From: Dendrobates tinctorius
Lineage: Eukaryota
Direction: 5' to 3'
Length of the DNA stretch: 64,000 bases
Assembly (NCBI RefSeq): GCF_039654945.1
Contig: NW_027361673.1
Span: 11,594,001 to 11,658,000 of the forward strand
In this document: positions 12,341 to 26,306 of the stretch, piece by piece
Layout: each line of letters starts with the position of its first letter
Position numbering within the stretch: position 1 is the stretch's first letter
The notes under the pieces: generated by a model
Told to the model about the DNA's origin: nothing
What the model saw: only the letters and a program-made list of their open reading frames with translations
Databases searched by the model: none
Translations under genes and position numbers: made by a program

Positions 12341-12691
12341 TTTTTTTTTTTGGTTTGTATTTTACATTTTTATTCCAGCCTTTCTTGACTTCATAAGGGC
12401 ATGACAAGCCTATATCTGTGTCTCCTCCACCTCCTCCTTTTACTCCTCCACCTCTTTTCTAAATGTAGTTGCCCTTTTCCATATGTTATTTTTGTCTTCT
12501 GAGCATTTTGTCTGCTTTGGGACACCTTTAAAGGTGTTTTGTAATTGTTTTCTATGTGTTTGTATGTGTTTGTGTTTGCCTGCCATTGTTTTGAATGGGG
12601 TTCGACGGTGTTCTTCGAACGTTCGACGAACATTCGACGAACTTGCCTCCTGTGCAACGAACCAAAACACTAGCGGGGTGGCTCAACACTT

Positions 12692-15250
12692 CTCCTGATA
12701 TATCGAAGTACATTGTTAATGTTTAAACTATGCTATATATACCCATTCTGCCAGGAAGTCCTCCTCCAACTAACATTCTAAGTATATCATTGACACCTGT
12801 AACATTGTCCCACATGTGTGATTATTTCTTGCGGATCTTCTTGTTATATTGTGGTGTGATCCATCCTGAGCGTGTGAGTGTCTATGGGTTACTCCTGCAA
12901 TTTAGATGTACATTTAAAAATTACCCCAACACTGTATACAGCTCTACGCTTGGGATACATTACCCATTTACTGCTTGCTATATTCTGGTCTAATCCAAAC
13001 TGGCAAAGTGAGAGTTATTTTATGACTGTGGAAATAAATACTGAAATTGACAACAATGACACCTACACTGTGTACAGCTGTACTCTTGAGATCCATTACC
13101 GTTTTACGGCTTTTTAGATTGTGTTGTAATCCAATACTGAGCCTGAGAGTGTCTGTGTGTGCCTCCTCAAATATCTACGGAGATTTAGAATGTTTAAACT
13201 ATACTATATATACCTGCTATCTGATGATACTGTATACTTTGTCTAATTTTTATATTCTTGTCTAATCCATACTGAGCCTGTGAGCGTCTCTGTGTGACTG
13301 ATGGAATATATAGGGAGATTGACAATTATCCTTTGACTGATTAGAGCTGTACGCTTCTGATACAGTGCCATATATCTGATGTTATTTTGGGTCTATTTTC
13401 TGCAAAATTTTGAAGTTTGGTGGAAGAGGCCGCGGACATGGGCGTGGGGGGCCAGCTGGTGCTGATGGTGGTGGTGCATCTGCTGGTAGTGGCATAAGCA
13501 CAATAGCAGCTAAGGCAGGAGGTGTTGAGCCTGCGTCATGGTCTGGCTCCGGAACGCCTGGAAGGCTACCTTTTTTGGGAGTAGGTTAACCGCTTTTAAA
13601 GGCGGAGCATGATTAACTGGTTTTGGCTTACATTGCCGAAACAGACTCCAGCAAATATGCCCTCCTCTTCTGAAGTTTCAAAAAATGCAAGCACTGAGTC
13701 GTCAAGTGCTGGCTCTGGGTCAGGAAGAACCCCTTTCCTTGTGTCCTTCACCCCCACCAAAAGTGAATGATGCAGCAGGTCACACTTCACATTAGTCCAT
13801 GTAGCTCTTTCTATCATACCATGCCTGGGTTATCAAGTCAAATCGTGAATTCCCAAGTCCAAGATGAATCAGACATGGAGTGTGGGTGGCCAGCCAGGGC
13901 AGTGGGGTTAATTGGTACCGGGCCGGTGTCTCACAGGGATGTGTCACAGTGGTGGTGACCTGTTCCGTTGCCCTGGGCGTCCATGCAAAGGGGTGAATTA
14001 TGTTTATAGGTGAATGATACATGACGCCACCTGTCGTTTCTGATTAGATTGACCAGCGCTGCAGTGTCGCTTCTCTGGGACTGATGCTGTGGTGCAGCTA
14101 AGATGTAGAAGCCCTGCACGGGTAGGGCCGTAGTCGAGGGCAGATGAAAGAGTTGGTAGATGGTGTGCAGTGCAGGATGTAACAGAGCCGTGCGCCAGGC
14201 GCAGGAGAAAGATGACAGACACAGTCATGCAGTTCCTTTACCTGTACTTGCTAAGTGCCTTCCAGGACCCAGAGTACAGATGGAGAAGGAGTTGGTCAGC
14301 CTGGAAGCCAATTTGGAATTCTCTCTCTGCAGATAGGTAGTGTGGCCTCCGTTCTAGCGCTTATCTGAGGTATTTGCAGTGCTGAGTTCAATGAAGTTCC
14401 CCCTGTTGACTCTCTTTTGGAACTTTCTCGTATGGCAGGCAGCCGTAGCCTTTTCCTTCTGGCTCCCACACGTCGATGCTGGGGCCTCCGAGCCTTAGTT
14501 GGGTACAGAGCATTTACAACTGCTACTTCCTCCGGTTTCGGCTGCAGGAACGTCAGCGTCCCTACAAACTCGGAGACCGGAATCTGGACCATAGGAGTGA
14601 GCCTTAACTCTGCTCATCTTCCAGCTCCCCTTCTCATGTCCACACACTTCCCCTTCCCTGCACAGAGTGCCCTAACTTACTTCCTCCCGACCACAGAGAG
14701 CAGCTCCTCAGCAGTCAGGTTCAGAGGTCTCCCTGCTGGCCTGGAGTGGGAAATGTGTTGTGTGTTGGTTGAACTGCTAGAGAGATCCTTTGTTGCTCCC
14801 AAGCATGACATCACACTCCCTAGGAGGAAGGTAATGCCACTGTGGCGACCGTACTCCTGGGGACGCCACAAGTGCACTGATGCCCAGCCACTGCTAGATG
14901 ATTCTGCTGGTACATTGACGCAGACCACTACATTCCCCTCACACTCTACACAGCCAGAATGTGACCCTGAGGAAACCCCTTCCCGCATACTATACCACCT
15001 TACAAGGTGACAAAGAGGAAGGTGCAGATGAAAGTGCAGGTTCCTTGAGCAGGTGGGGGGCATACTCATGGGCGATGGCACTGGCACAGGGCCCCTCATA
15101 GTACGCAAAAGTGTCTCTGCCGGTGGGAGGCCCACCCGCCGTCAGACACACTATGAGGGGCCCTGTGCCAGTGCCATCACCAATGAGTGGGCCCCCCCGC
15201 TTGCTCTGGATCACAGCACTTGCAACGTTGAAATACTTACCTCTCCCTGC
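12692..15250 (+). mobile_element. Second, older, internally deleted copy of the same hAT family
   Basis: Diverged ~135-bp repeats (12692-13400). 13400-13880 and 14871-15035 are homologous to 6470-7120 and are joined directly to a copy of the 3' hairpin (15055-15198). Confidence 0.85.
13883..14870. mobile_element. Solo LTR (~990 bp) inserted in the second hAT copy
   Basis: TG...CA ends; AGTG duplicated at 13879-13882 and 14871-14874; splits the GACATGGAGTGCACTGATGC seen intact near 6941. Confidence 0.8.
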
Positions 15251-16437
15251 TCCACCGCCATGACGTCTTCCGCGTGTCCTGACAGTGACATTCTGATCAG
15301 AGAGCGCAATGACATCACGTCTGTATGCCCTCTGCCTAAACAGCCAAGTGCAGTGAGATGGAAGATGGGGACGATGAGGAGTCCAGACTAGTACAGGGAT
15401 TCCCTAGCGAGGAGACTTATTTAATTGTTTTCAATGTTGGGACAGCAATTTTTGAGGAGCACTATACTCTGGAGAATGATATATGGGGCCCACCATACAC
15501 TGGAGCATTCCAAAGGTGGACATCAGACACTGGAGCAGCATTTACAGGGCCCATTATACACTGGAGCATTAGAAATGGAGCCCATTATATATGGAGCATT
15601 ATTTGGGCCCATAAGACAGTGGAGCTTCATCCATGGGGACCAACATATACTGTAGCATTGTGTGGAGCTCATCATATACTGTTTCAAACATTATATGGGA
15701 CCAATGATTCTGTATGGAGAAATATATGGGCCTCATTACTCTGTATAGCGCACTATGCGGTGCCCATAATACTGTTCCAATATTCTTCACAGAGGTGTTT
15801 TAAAATAATATTGCTTTGCAGAGATAAAATAGTAATGCAATACTCTGCTGTATCCTGTGTAAGGCTTGTGCCCAACTAAGTAGAGGTGATTTAACTGCTG
15901 GTTAATACATGCTGTTTGTAATGAACCCATAGAAGGAGGGAAGAACGATAAGTGAGCATTCTCTACTGATGCTCCTGACAGGGGCTTCTCCATACTTATG
16001 ATGTTACACATCTCTTACGTTTCCTTTCATCTATGTTGAGATGGTATGTGCTAGGATCTTTTGACTCACCTCAATCAATCACACCAGTACAGCACGATAT
16101 CTCAGTTGCCAAACATGAAAGCTGAAAAGACTGCATATATGTCTGGGTACTTTGCTATCTACTGCACTGGTGTGATTTTTTTTAGGCAAGTCTAAAGGTT
16201 CCTCCCCTCCTCCCTCATATTACAGACTCAATGCAAGCAGCACATGTCAACTAGCAGCGATTAATTATCTATCCATTAAATAGCAATTTTGTAAAGTATA
16301 ATGTAGCAAAAAAAATTCAAAATCGGTAGTATAAGTCAAACAACATTGTTCATATCAGATTTGAGAAATGGAGCTGGGTCTCATTTCGACTATGAGAGTC
16401 AAAATGAGAAAATAAATCCAGAAAATCACCTTGTCTG

Positions 16438-16945
16438 TGATATAGTCTGCTGCAATGCAGTATAGCGCAACCCCCATCAGGGGGTGCTGGTGACGGAAGA
16501 GAGGTTGCATGCACACAGCATAGTAACCCAGAGCAGCAGCTCAGGTGTCACAGGTAACAAAAGAGTGGTCAGACAAACTAGAAGTCAGAGCCTACCGGGG
16601 ACGTGGTATCCAAAATGTGAGACTAAAGACGTAGTAGGGATACAAGCCACAAGCCAGAGTCAAAGCCGGTCGGGGAGCATGATATCAGAGACGGAAAACA
16701 AGAGGCGCAGTCCCGAGATCAGGCCGAGTCATACACTAGTACAGGAAGTCAGAGGCAGAAGGATCACTAGGGTGAACGGGTCAGCGGCTCTAGCCTGGAA
16801 GCTTGAACTATAGCTGACACTGGCTCGCAGGCTGCAGAGGACTGAAATAGCACAGCCAGCTCCGAAATGAGGCAGAGGGGCTTAACCCCCACATGACAAG
16901 TCCAGAGAGAAGAGTAGAAATCAAACTCTGGACTGGATCATGACA
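16438..16945 (-). mobile_element. Solo LTR related to the chromovirus LTR, inserted in a Tc1 terminal-repeat remnant (~16350-16985)
   Basis: Colinear with 801-1352; ends CATGACA; 5-bp TSD GTCTG at 16433-16437 and 16946-16950. Confidence 0.9.
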
Positions 16946-17299
16946 GTCTGATTTGGCAAGATTTATTTTTCAAATTATGGTGGAGTAGTGCATCACTCCC
17001 CTGCCTTATTAACCACAATGAACAAAAATAAAAGAGGTCAACAAAATTCAAAGTATCTTAGAATAACATGCACATATATAATATAGTTATGGGAAACACA
17101 ACACAGAGTGCATAAGAAAGAAAACCATACATTTTACTAAGACGTATTTGGAACTCTGAATAAAAGTCAGGGTTAAGGTATCCCACAAAAATTCAGTTCT
17201 GATCACCTCTCTCTATAGTGTAATGTATGACTTGTTGTGGTAAATGACGGCTGTATAGACTAGTGTATGCAAATATCACCAGACAGTTAAACCACAACT

Positions 17300-17560
17300 A
17301 CTGAGATAATGACTTTTGGGGTTTCATTGGCTGTAAACCATAATAATCAACATTAACAGAAATAAACAATTGAAATAATAATAATCTTTAATAATAATAA
17401 TCTTTATTTTTATATAGCGCTAACATATTCCGCAGCGCTTTACAGTTTGAACACATTATCATCACTAATACATCACTCTGTTGGTAAAGAGTCTATACAA
17501 TATATGAGTTTCACTTTTTGTATTGAAGAAATGAAATAAATTAACTTTCTGATTATATTC
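17300..17560. mobile_element. Tc1-like terminal repeat remnant with an (AAT)n-tailed LINE/SINE 3' end inserted at ~17375-17466
   Basis: Recognisable Tc1 ITR sequence split by (ATA)n-TTTATATAGCGCTAACATATTCCGCAGCGCTTTACA. Confidence 0.55.
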
Positions 17561-17694
17561 NNNNNNNNNNNNNNNNNNNNNNNNNNNNNNNNNNNNNNNN
17601 NNNNNNNNNNNNNNNNNNNNNNNNNNNNNNNNNNNNNNNNNNNNNNNNNNNNNNNNNNNNNNNNNNNNNNNNNNNNNNNNNNNNNNNNNNNNNN
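17561..17694. other. Assembly gap
   Basis: Run of N. Confidence 1.
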
Positions 17695-17754
17695 CACTGC
17701 CCGGGCATAGTAACTAACTGTGGTTATTTATAGCAAATTATAATAATCCTCCAT

Positions 17755-19314
17755 CCCAAAGCTCAATGTGGGTGTGTATGTATGTAAGTATGTATGTGTG
17801 TATGTCCGGGATTGGCATCTGCACCATCGTAGCTACAGCCACAAAATTTGGCACAGTCACACGTCTGGACCCCAAGAGCGTCATAGGCTATGTTGTGAGG
17901 CAAAATTTTAACCCCGTGCGTTCCAATTCACCAAATAATTTTGCCCCCACATAATGGGGAAAAAGTGAAAGGATAAGTTGTGGAGGCAAATTGACAGCTG
18001 CCAGATGTGAACAAAGGGGAATTAAAGAATGAGAGATTTGGCGCCAAAGAGTATATACCGTACAGTTGCTAAGGTGGGGCCCTGACATGGGATACTCACC
18101 ACACACGGGGATATGAACACACACACAAAATGCGCCACACACTACCACATGGTGCAACACATAGACCACTCTCAGCACACATTTCACCACACATACACCA
18201 ACCTCGCCACATAAAAGACGAAACACAAAAGTCGCCACTCAAAACTCGCCACGCTGTCCCAGAGCTGTTTAAAAGATGAAAAATGAGCTGTGATTGGTTG
18301 CTATCAGCAACAGTTTTCTTTGTAGACAGTTGTGGTAACTGAGGCCTATTATTCTTATCATTTCTATGGTGTTATCGTCTTCTGTAAAGCTGGAAATTAC
18401 ATAATTTATTACCGTGCCAACACAGACCACCCTCTGACACAGACTGCAGGGGGAGCCCGGTATCACACAGGATAGGATTAGATACACGGCTCAGCAGTCA
18501 GTATCACACAGGATAGGATTAGATACACAGCTCAGCAGTCAGTATCACACAGGAGAGGATTAGGCACATGGCTCAGCAGTCAGTATCACACAGGATAGGA
18601 TTAGATACACAGCTCAGCAGTCAGTATCACACAGGATAGGATTAGATACGCAGCTCAGCAGACAGTATCACACAGGATAGGAATATATACACGGCTCAGC
18701 AGACAGTATCACACAGAATAGTATTAGATACACGGCTCAGCAGACAGTATCACACAGGATATGATTAGATACACGGCTCAGCAGTCAGTATCACACAGAA
18801 TAGTATTAGATACATGGCTCAGCCGACAGTATCACACAGGATAGGAATAGATACACGGCTCAGCAGACAGTATCACACAGAATAGTATTAGATACACGGC
18901 TCAGCAGACAGTATCACACAGGATATGATTAGATACGCAGCTCAGCACACAGTATCACATAGAATAGTATTAGATACATGGCTCAGCCGACAGTATCACA
19001 CAGGATATGATTAGATACACAGCTCAGCACACAGTATCACACAGAATAGTATTAGATACATGGCTCAGCAGACAGTATCACACAGGATATGATTAGATAC
19101 GCAGCTCAGCACACAGTATCACATAGAATAGTATTAGATACATGGCTCAGCAGACAGTATCACACAGAATAGGATTAGATACACGGCTCAGCAGTCAGTA
19201 TCACACAGGGTAGGATTAGATGCACGTTTTTTATGTGCAATATAATCATTATAATTTGTTATAACTAACCACAGTTGGTTACTATGCCCAGGCAACGCCG
19301 GGCTCTTCAGCTAG
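17755..19314 (+). mobile_element. Non-autonomous Helitron-like element containing a minisatellite
   Basis: 3' end CCCAGGCAACGCCGGG hairpin, then CTAG|T at 19311-19315; (TATG)n-rich 5' part. Confidence 0.65.
18460..19225. repeat. 41-bp minisatellite, about 19 copies
   Basis: Unit CAGTATCACACAGGATAGGATTAGATACACGGCTCAGCAG(T/A); period 41. Confidence 0.95.
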
Positions 19315-19324
19315 TATATATATA

Positions 19325-20944
<1,620 letters not shown>

Positions 20945-20980
20945 TATATATATATATATATTTATATGTTTATATTTATA

Positions 20981-21250
20981 CAGTAAATTAGAATACTTTA
21001 TAACACCAGCTTGAAAAATGATTTTAAAATATGAAATGTTGGCCTACTGAAATGTATGTTCAGTAAATGCACTCAATACTTGATCGGGGCTCCTTTTGCA
21101 TCAATTACTGCGTCAATGCGACGTGGTATGGAGGAGATCAGTCTGTGGCACTGCAGAGGTATTATGGAAGCCAAGGTTGCTTTGATAGCAGCCTTCAGCT
21201 CATCTGCATTCTTGGTTCTGGTGTCTCACATCTTCCTCTTGACAATACCC
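20981..21250 (-). mobile_element. Tc1-like fragment (transposase 3' end)
   Basis: CAATACTTG..GGGGCTCCTTTTGCAT..ATTACTGC is a typical Tc1 C-terminal sequence. Confidence 0.6.
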
Positions 21251-21739
21251 TAAAGGCCGGGGTCACACATGCGAGAAACTCGTCACATCTGGCCCTTTGC
21301 TTGTGCTTGTCCGGCCCACTGACAGGCACAGGCAAACAGACTAGAACAAATGTTCCAACAGTCACAGCTCTGCTCTCCAGGGCGTGCGGGCCAGGTAGCA
21401 ATACAGCATGCTGTGAGGAGTCTGAGGAAGGCGGAGGTGAGGCTGAGAGGAGGCAGAGCCGCAATGGTGCAGCCTGCATAAGCATTCAAAGGGGGGCGGA
21501 GAGGAGGCAGAGTGGAGGGCGGAGCGGCCAAGGTGCAGCCTGTATAAGCATTCAGAGGGGGATTGAGAGGTGGTGGAGTGGAGGGCAGAGCTTTTCAAGG
21601 TCCTGAACTTTGCTGGCATCATATGACTACATAGAGATACATAGAGACGCCAGTCAGATGACCTCAGCACACTGCCCTTGACTCTTTCTCCGAGTCCTGA
21701 CTTGTCACAGTGAGCACACCAGCCTTAGTACACCCCCTA

Positions 21740-22260
21740 TATGAAGCACCCCAGGGCCCATGGGCTACTCGGTACCGGGCCGGTGTCTTAAAGGGGAAGT
21801 GTCGCAGTGGCGGTGACCCGGTCTGTGGCCCCTGGCATTCATGTAAAATAGGTGGAATAAATAAGGAATAAAGTTTGTGTAATTATATAAGTTCATGATG
21901 CCGCCTGTGCTATTCTGGTCAGAGGCGACCAGCGCTGCAGTCCGTTCCCCTGGGACCATTGGTATGACGCAGCTGAGGTGAAATGGCTCTCCACAGGTAG
22001 AGCTGTAGTCCCAGGGCCGTTGAGAGAAGTTTTAGAGGCGGTAATGCAGTGTGGAGTGAAAATTGAAGCAGTGCTGGGTTGATGAAGCGGGAAGAAAACA
22101 GATGGCGCAGTTGAATGTACTTCCAAGACTTTACTCACAGTTCTGTCTGCAGTACAGATGCCCGCCTCAGTGCTGTGTTCTTCAGGTGAGGGGTCCAGTC
22201 AACTCCCAGGCAAGTGAGTACACCCTTCCAGCACTCCCTGTCAGTATGTACCTTCCCTGG
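21740..22260. mobile_element. Truncated LTR of the same family as 13883-14870
   Basis: Shares GGTACCGGGCCGGTGTCT...GTGTC.CAGTGG.GGTGACC and GACCAGCGCTGCAGT. Confidence 0.65.
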
Positions 22261-22797
22261 CCATCTCCACAATGCTGCTTGCAAATTTATAGTTTATAGT
22301 AAAATAGAATAAAACATCACAAATTTGCCATGTGTGCATATCCAAGGACTTCTGAGGGCATCACTGTAACATAACTCCCAACTTTACCACCAAATAACCC
22401 CATACCTGAACCAAGGACCAAAGCATTGTGTTCATCCATGACAGGTCTGATGGTGTGTCTTTTGTAATTTTCTGTAGGGGTCTCCATGGTCATTTATTGG
22501 ATGCCTTTTTGGTGTGGACCAATTTGTGTAGCGTGACCCATGCAGGACATGTTGACTCATGAAGAAGAGACCTTAATGGTGTTGACCTGTCACTGCTACA
22601 GCTGATGATTGGCTGCACCAGTCAAATGTCTGTGTCAGCATCATCACTGGAGCATGAAGACTAGATACTGTACATGTGTCTCATATCTTGGGTAGAAATA
22701 TAAGGGGTGGTTCATGACCTGTGCCTGCATAAAACTTGTGTTAGATAGTTGAAACCTGCAACCGCTGTGACCAGAGCTAGCTCATAATTGTCTAACC

Positions 22798-22959
22798 CAG
22801 GGTTCCCCAACTCCAGTCCTCAAGGCCCACCAACAGGTCATGTTTTCAGGATTTCCTTAGTATTGCTAAGGTGATAATTGCATCACCTGTGCAATACAAA
22901 GGAAATCCCAAAAACATGACCTGTTGGTGGGCCTTGAGGACTGTAGTTGGGGAACACTG
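22798..22959. mobile_element. hAT-type MITE (162-bp palindrome)
   Basis: CAGGGTTCCCCAACT...AGTTGGGGAACACTG; perfect 8-bp TSD GTCTAACC. Confidence 0.93.
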
Positions 22960-23744
22960 GTCTAACCCATTGGATGCCATGGTCAGTAACCACTGCTGCA
23001 CCTAAGCAGTTTGAGCTCCTGAACATCTAACAATTAAACATATAACTCAAAGAGTAACTTATACTGAAGACATTATGGGTTTGCTAGTAATTAAAAGGGT
23101 TTTCGAGGACTTCCTTAGAATAAATCAGATTGAGCAGTTTAACAGGAGCTGAACCACGGCACAATGTCCAAAGCCATGCTGTTCTGGCTTCATCCACTGT
23201 ATCCATCCAGTCACAGTTGAAACATGTAATTATTGGGGATATTGGTTATTGGACTCCCAATAATTTGATATTGATGAAATACCGTATATGAAAGAAAACA
23301 TCATTAATATGTATATACTAGACAACCCTTTTTAAACTTTTAAAAGTATTACATTGTAAGCAAATTGAAAAAGTTGAACATAGAAGAAAGTAAAGACACA
23401 ATTTGTAATTATTCATATTTATTATGCTACAAAAATGACAATCTTAGCAGTATAACTTAACACTGTTTTCAAAATATAGCCCATCTTTTTGCATGTGATG
23501 TATACTTGTTGGGCAGGATGAAAATTAAACATATTTCATTTCTCGTTTTCTTAATTTCAAAAGCAACAAGTTACCATCAAGGTTTGCATGTTACCATTAT
23601 ACATGGCTTCAAACAAAGATGAAAATGCAGGTAAGCTATATAGTACAGAAAAACTCTCATCGTGTCTGAGTAGTTACATCTAGAAAAGTCAACACTAAAC
23701 CCAAACAATTCATATCCAGATGCTTCTGTTTAGATGGAATTACT

Positions 23745-25105
23745 GTGCACTGAGTGATGGAGGTCGGTCGCACTCTGCATTGAGTGTTGGAGGTTGGTCG
23801 CACTCTGCACTGAGTGTTGGAGGTTGGTCGAACTCTGCACTGAGTGTTGGAGGTCGGTCACACTCTGCACTGAGTGTTGGAGATCGCTCGAACTCTGCAC
23901 TGAGTGTTGGAGGTCGATCGAACTTTGCACTGAGTGTTGGAGGTCGGTCCAACTCTGCACTGAGTGTTGGAGGTCGATCGAACTTTGCATTGAGTGTTGG
24001 AGGTCGGTCGAACTCTGCACTGAGTGTTGGAGGTTGGTCGAACCCTGCACTCAGTGTTGGAGGTCGGTCGAACTTTGCACTGAGTGTTGGAGGTTGGTCG
24101 AACCCTGCACTGAGTGTTGGAAGTCGGTCGACCTCTGCACTGAGTGTTGGAGGTCGGTCGAACCCTGCACTGAGTGTTGGAGGTCGGTCGAACTTTGCAC
24201 TGAGTGTTGGAGGTCGGTCGAACACTGCAGTGAGTGTTGGGAGGTTGGTCGAACTCTGCACAGTGTTGGAGGTCGGTCACACTCTGCACTGAGTGTTGGA
24301 GATCGCTCGAACTCTGCACTGAGTGTTGGAGGTCGGTCAAACTTTGCACTGAGTGTTGGAGGTCGGTCGAACTCTGCACTGAGTGTTGGAGGTCGGTCGA
24401 ACTTTGCACTGAGTGTTGGAGGTCAGTCGAACACTGCAGTGAGTGTTGGAGGTTGGTCGAACTTTGCACTGAGTGTTGGAGGTCAGTCGAACACTGCAGT
24501 GAGTGTTGGAGGTTGGTCGAACTCTGCACAGTGTTGGAGGTCGGTCACACTCTGCACTGAGTGTTGGAGATCGCTCAAACTCTGCACTGAGTGTTGGAGG
24601 TCGGTCGAACTTTGCACTGAGTGTTGGAGGTCGGTCAAACTTTGCACTGAGTGTTGGAGGTCGGTCGAACCCTGCACTGAGTGTTGGAGGTCGGTCGAAC
24701 TTTGCACTGAGTGTTGGAGGTCGGTCGAACACTGCAGTGAGTGTTGGAGGTTGGTCGAACTCTGCACAGTGTTGGAGGTCGGTCACACTCTGCACTGAGA
24801 GTTGGAGATCGCTCGAACTCTGCACTGAGTGTTGGAGGTCGGTCGAACTTTGCACTGAGTGTTGGAGGTCGGTCGAACTCTGCACTGAGTGTTGGAAGTC
24901 GGTCGAACTCTGCACTGAGTGTTGGAGGTCGGTCGCACCCTGCACTGAGTGTTGGAGGTCGGTCGAACTCTGCACTTAGTGTTGGAGGTCGGTCGAACAC
25001 TGCACTGAGTGTTGGAGGTCGGTCGAACTCTGCACTGAGTGTTGGAGGTTGGTCGAACTCTGCACTGAGTGTTGGAGGTTGGTCGCACTCTGCACTGAGT
25101 GTAGG
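23745..25105. repeat. 30-bp minisatellite, about 45 copies
   Basis: Unit TGCACTGAGTGTTGGAGGTCGGTCGAACTC. Confidence 0.97.
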
Positions 25106-26306
25106 AGTTTGGTCGTTAGCCACTCAGGTATTTATGACCGCCATGATCAATCCCTTTCTAGTAAAAGTAAAAATTAACAAGCGTATATTGAAGCATTAGC
25201 CCAATAGCTGCATCTGATGGGAAGAGCTAGTGATACCAGTCTGTAGGCCTTTATGAAATCAAAGTAAACCGGCAAACAAACTGATCCTATGCCTATTACT
25301 GCCTGGCAGGTCTCACCTACGTAATCCTCAGGTGGGTCAAGAGCATTTGGTGATAACTAGGCTGAAATCCAAAATGTGTATCTATTTGAGTCTACAGTTT
25401 GAAATTAAGCAGAAGTCAAACTTTAATTATGTTTCGTTTAGATTATGTTCTCATTGGCTCCAGGAACTCCACTTGGTTTAATACCGAGAAGGCTCTGGTA
25501 AATACGCCAAATAAATCCAAGGGACTCCATTGCCATTTGCCAAAATGGTGTGATTTTGGCATCATAATGGATTTCTACATCCCTGTTTACAACTTGCGCA
25601 GTTCTTTTTGCACCTCTAGAAATGAAGCATTGATGATATATTTGTAATTTTTGCTTCAAAACATTAGCAGCTCTTCAATAAATACAATTATCAACCAAAA
25701 ACCATCAACCAATGGCTCCAGTCCTGTTTTCTACCTTGCATTTCTATTGATTTCAGAAAGCTTTACCTATAAATCTGTACCTACTTTAGTTGCTTGCATA
25801 TAATGTAACAGCATGTCCTTACTTGTGGATTGATTTACCACAAGGTCAAACTGAATTGTGTGGGATCCGTAACCACATTACATGGCAGCCATGAGCAGCA
25901 GCTACAACCCTGACATGGTCATTCTCATCACATCTGTAGACACGTGGGACCGCTCCTGAAAAACCGTGAACTTGAGATTGTCTTCTGCAGAAAATAGGCT
26001 GTAAAATCTGCTTCCAGGCAGATAAACTGTGCAATATAAAAACCTTACACACGTTTAATTTTGCAACTGATGGAGGAATTCAAGTTGCAGGTGGGATCTA
26101 TAACAAGCGGAAACGTAAGAGGACCATTTGTTACATGGACTCATATCTATAAGAACACAAATCATCGTTCAAGATCTATGACTGTAGCCACTTGATCAGT
26201 GAGATTGATGAGCATGCATATATTTTTTTTTTACCTCGTCTTTATTAAGAATAAACCTTTTGTAAAAATTAGAATTTGATGCTAAATTATAAAAATTACT
26301 TATTAT

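Larger units (their letters stand above)
1..12691 (+). mobile_element. Large decayed hAT (Ac/ZBED-like) DNA transposon; left end lies outside the window; interrupted by an LTR retrotransposon
   Basis: Transposase remnant at 6471-10021 with related 131-135 bp arrays on both sides. Right end ...GGCTCAACACTT (12680-12691) resembles the TAGTGTTGAGC-type hAT termini of frogs and is preceded by clustered TTCG/CGAA motifs. Confidence 0.75.

Noticed and set aside
23550-23640. Possible plus-strand exon ending CAG|GTAAGC
   Set aside because: A single splice-like motif with no coding similarity or partner exons.
23720-25199. Many long overlapping ORFs (up to 334 aa, CTECW repeats resembling zinc-finger motifs)
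   Set aside because: Artefact of a 30-bp unit that lacks stops in several frames; no splice or domain context.
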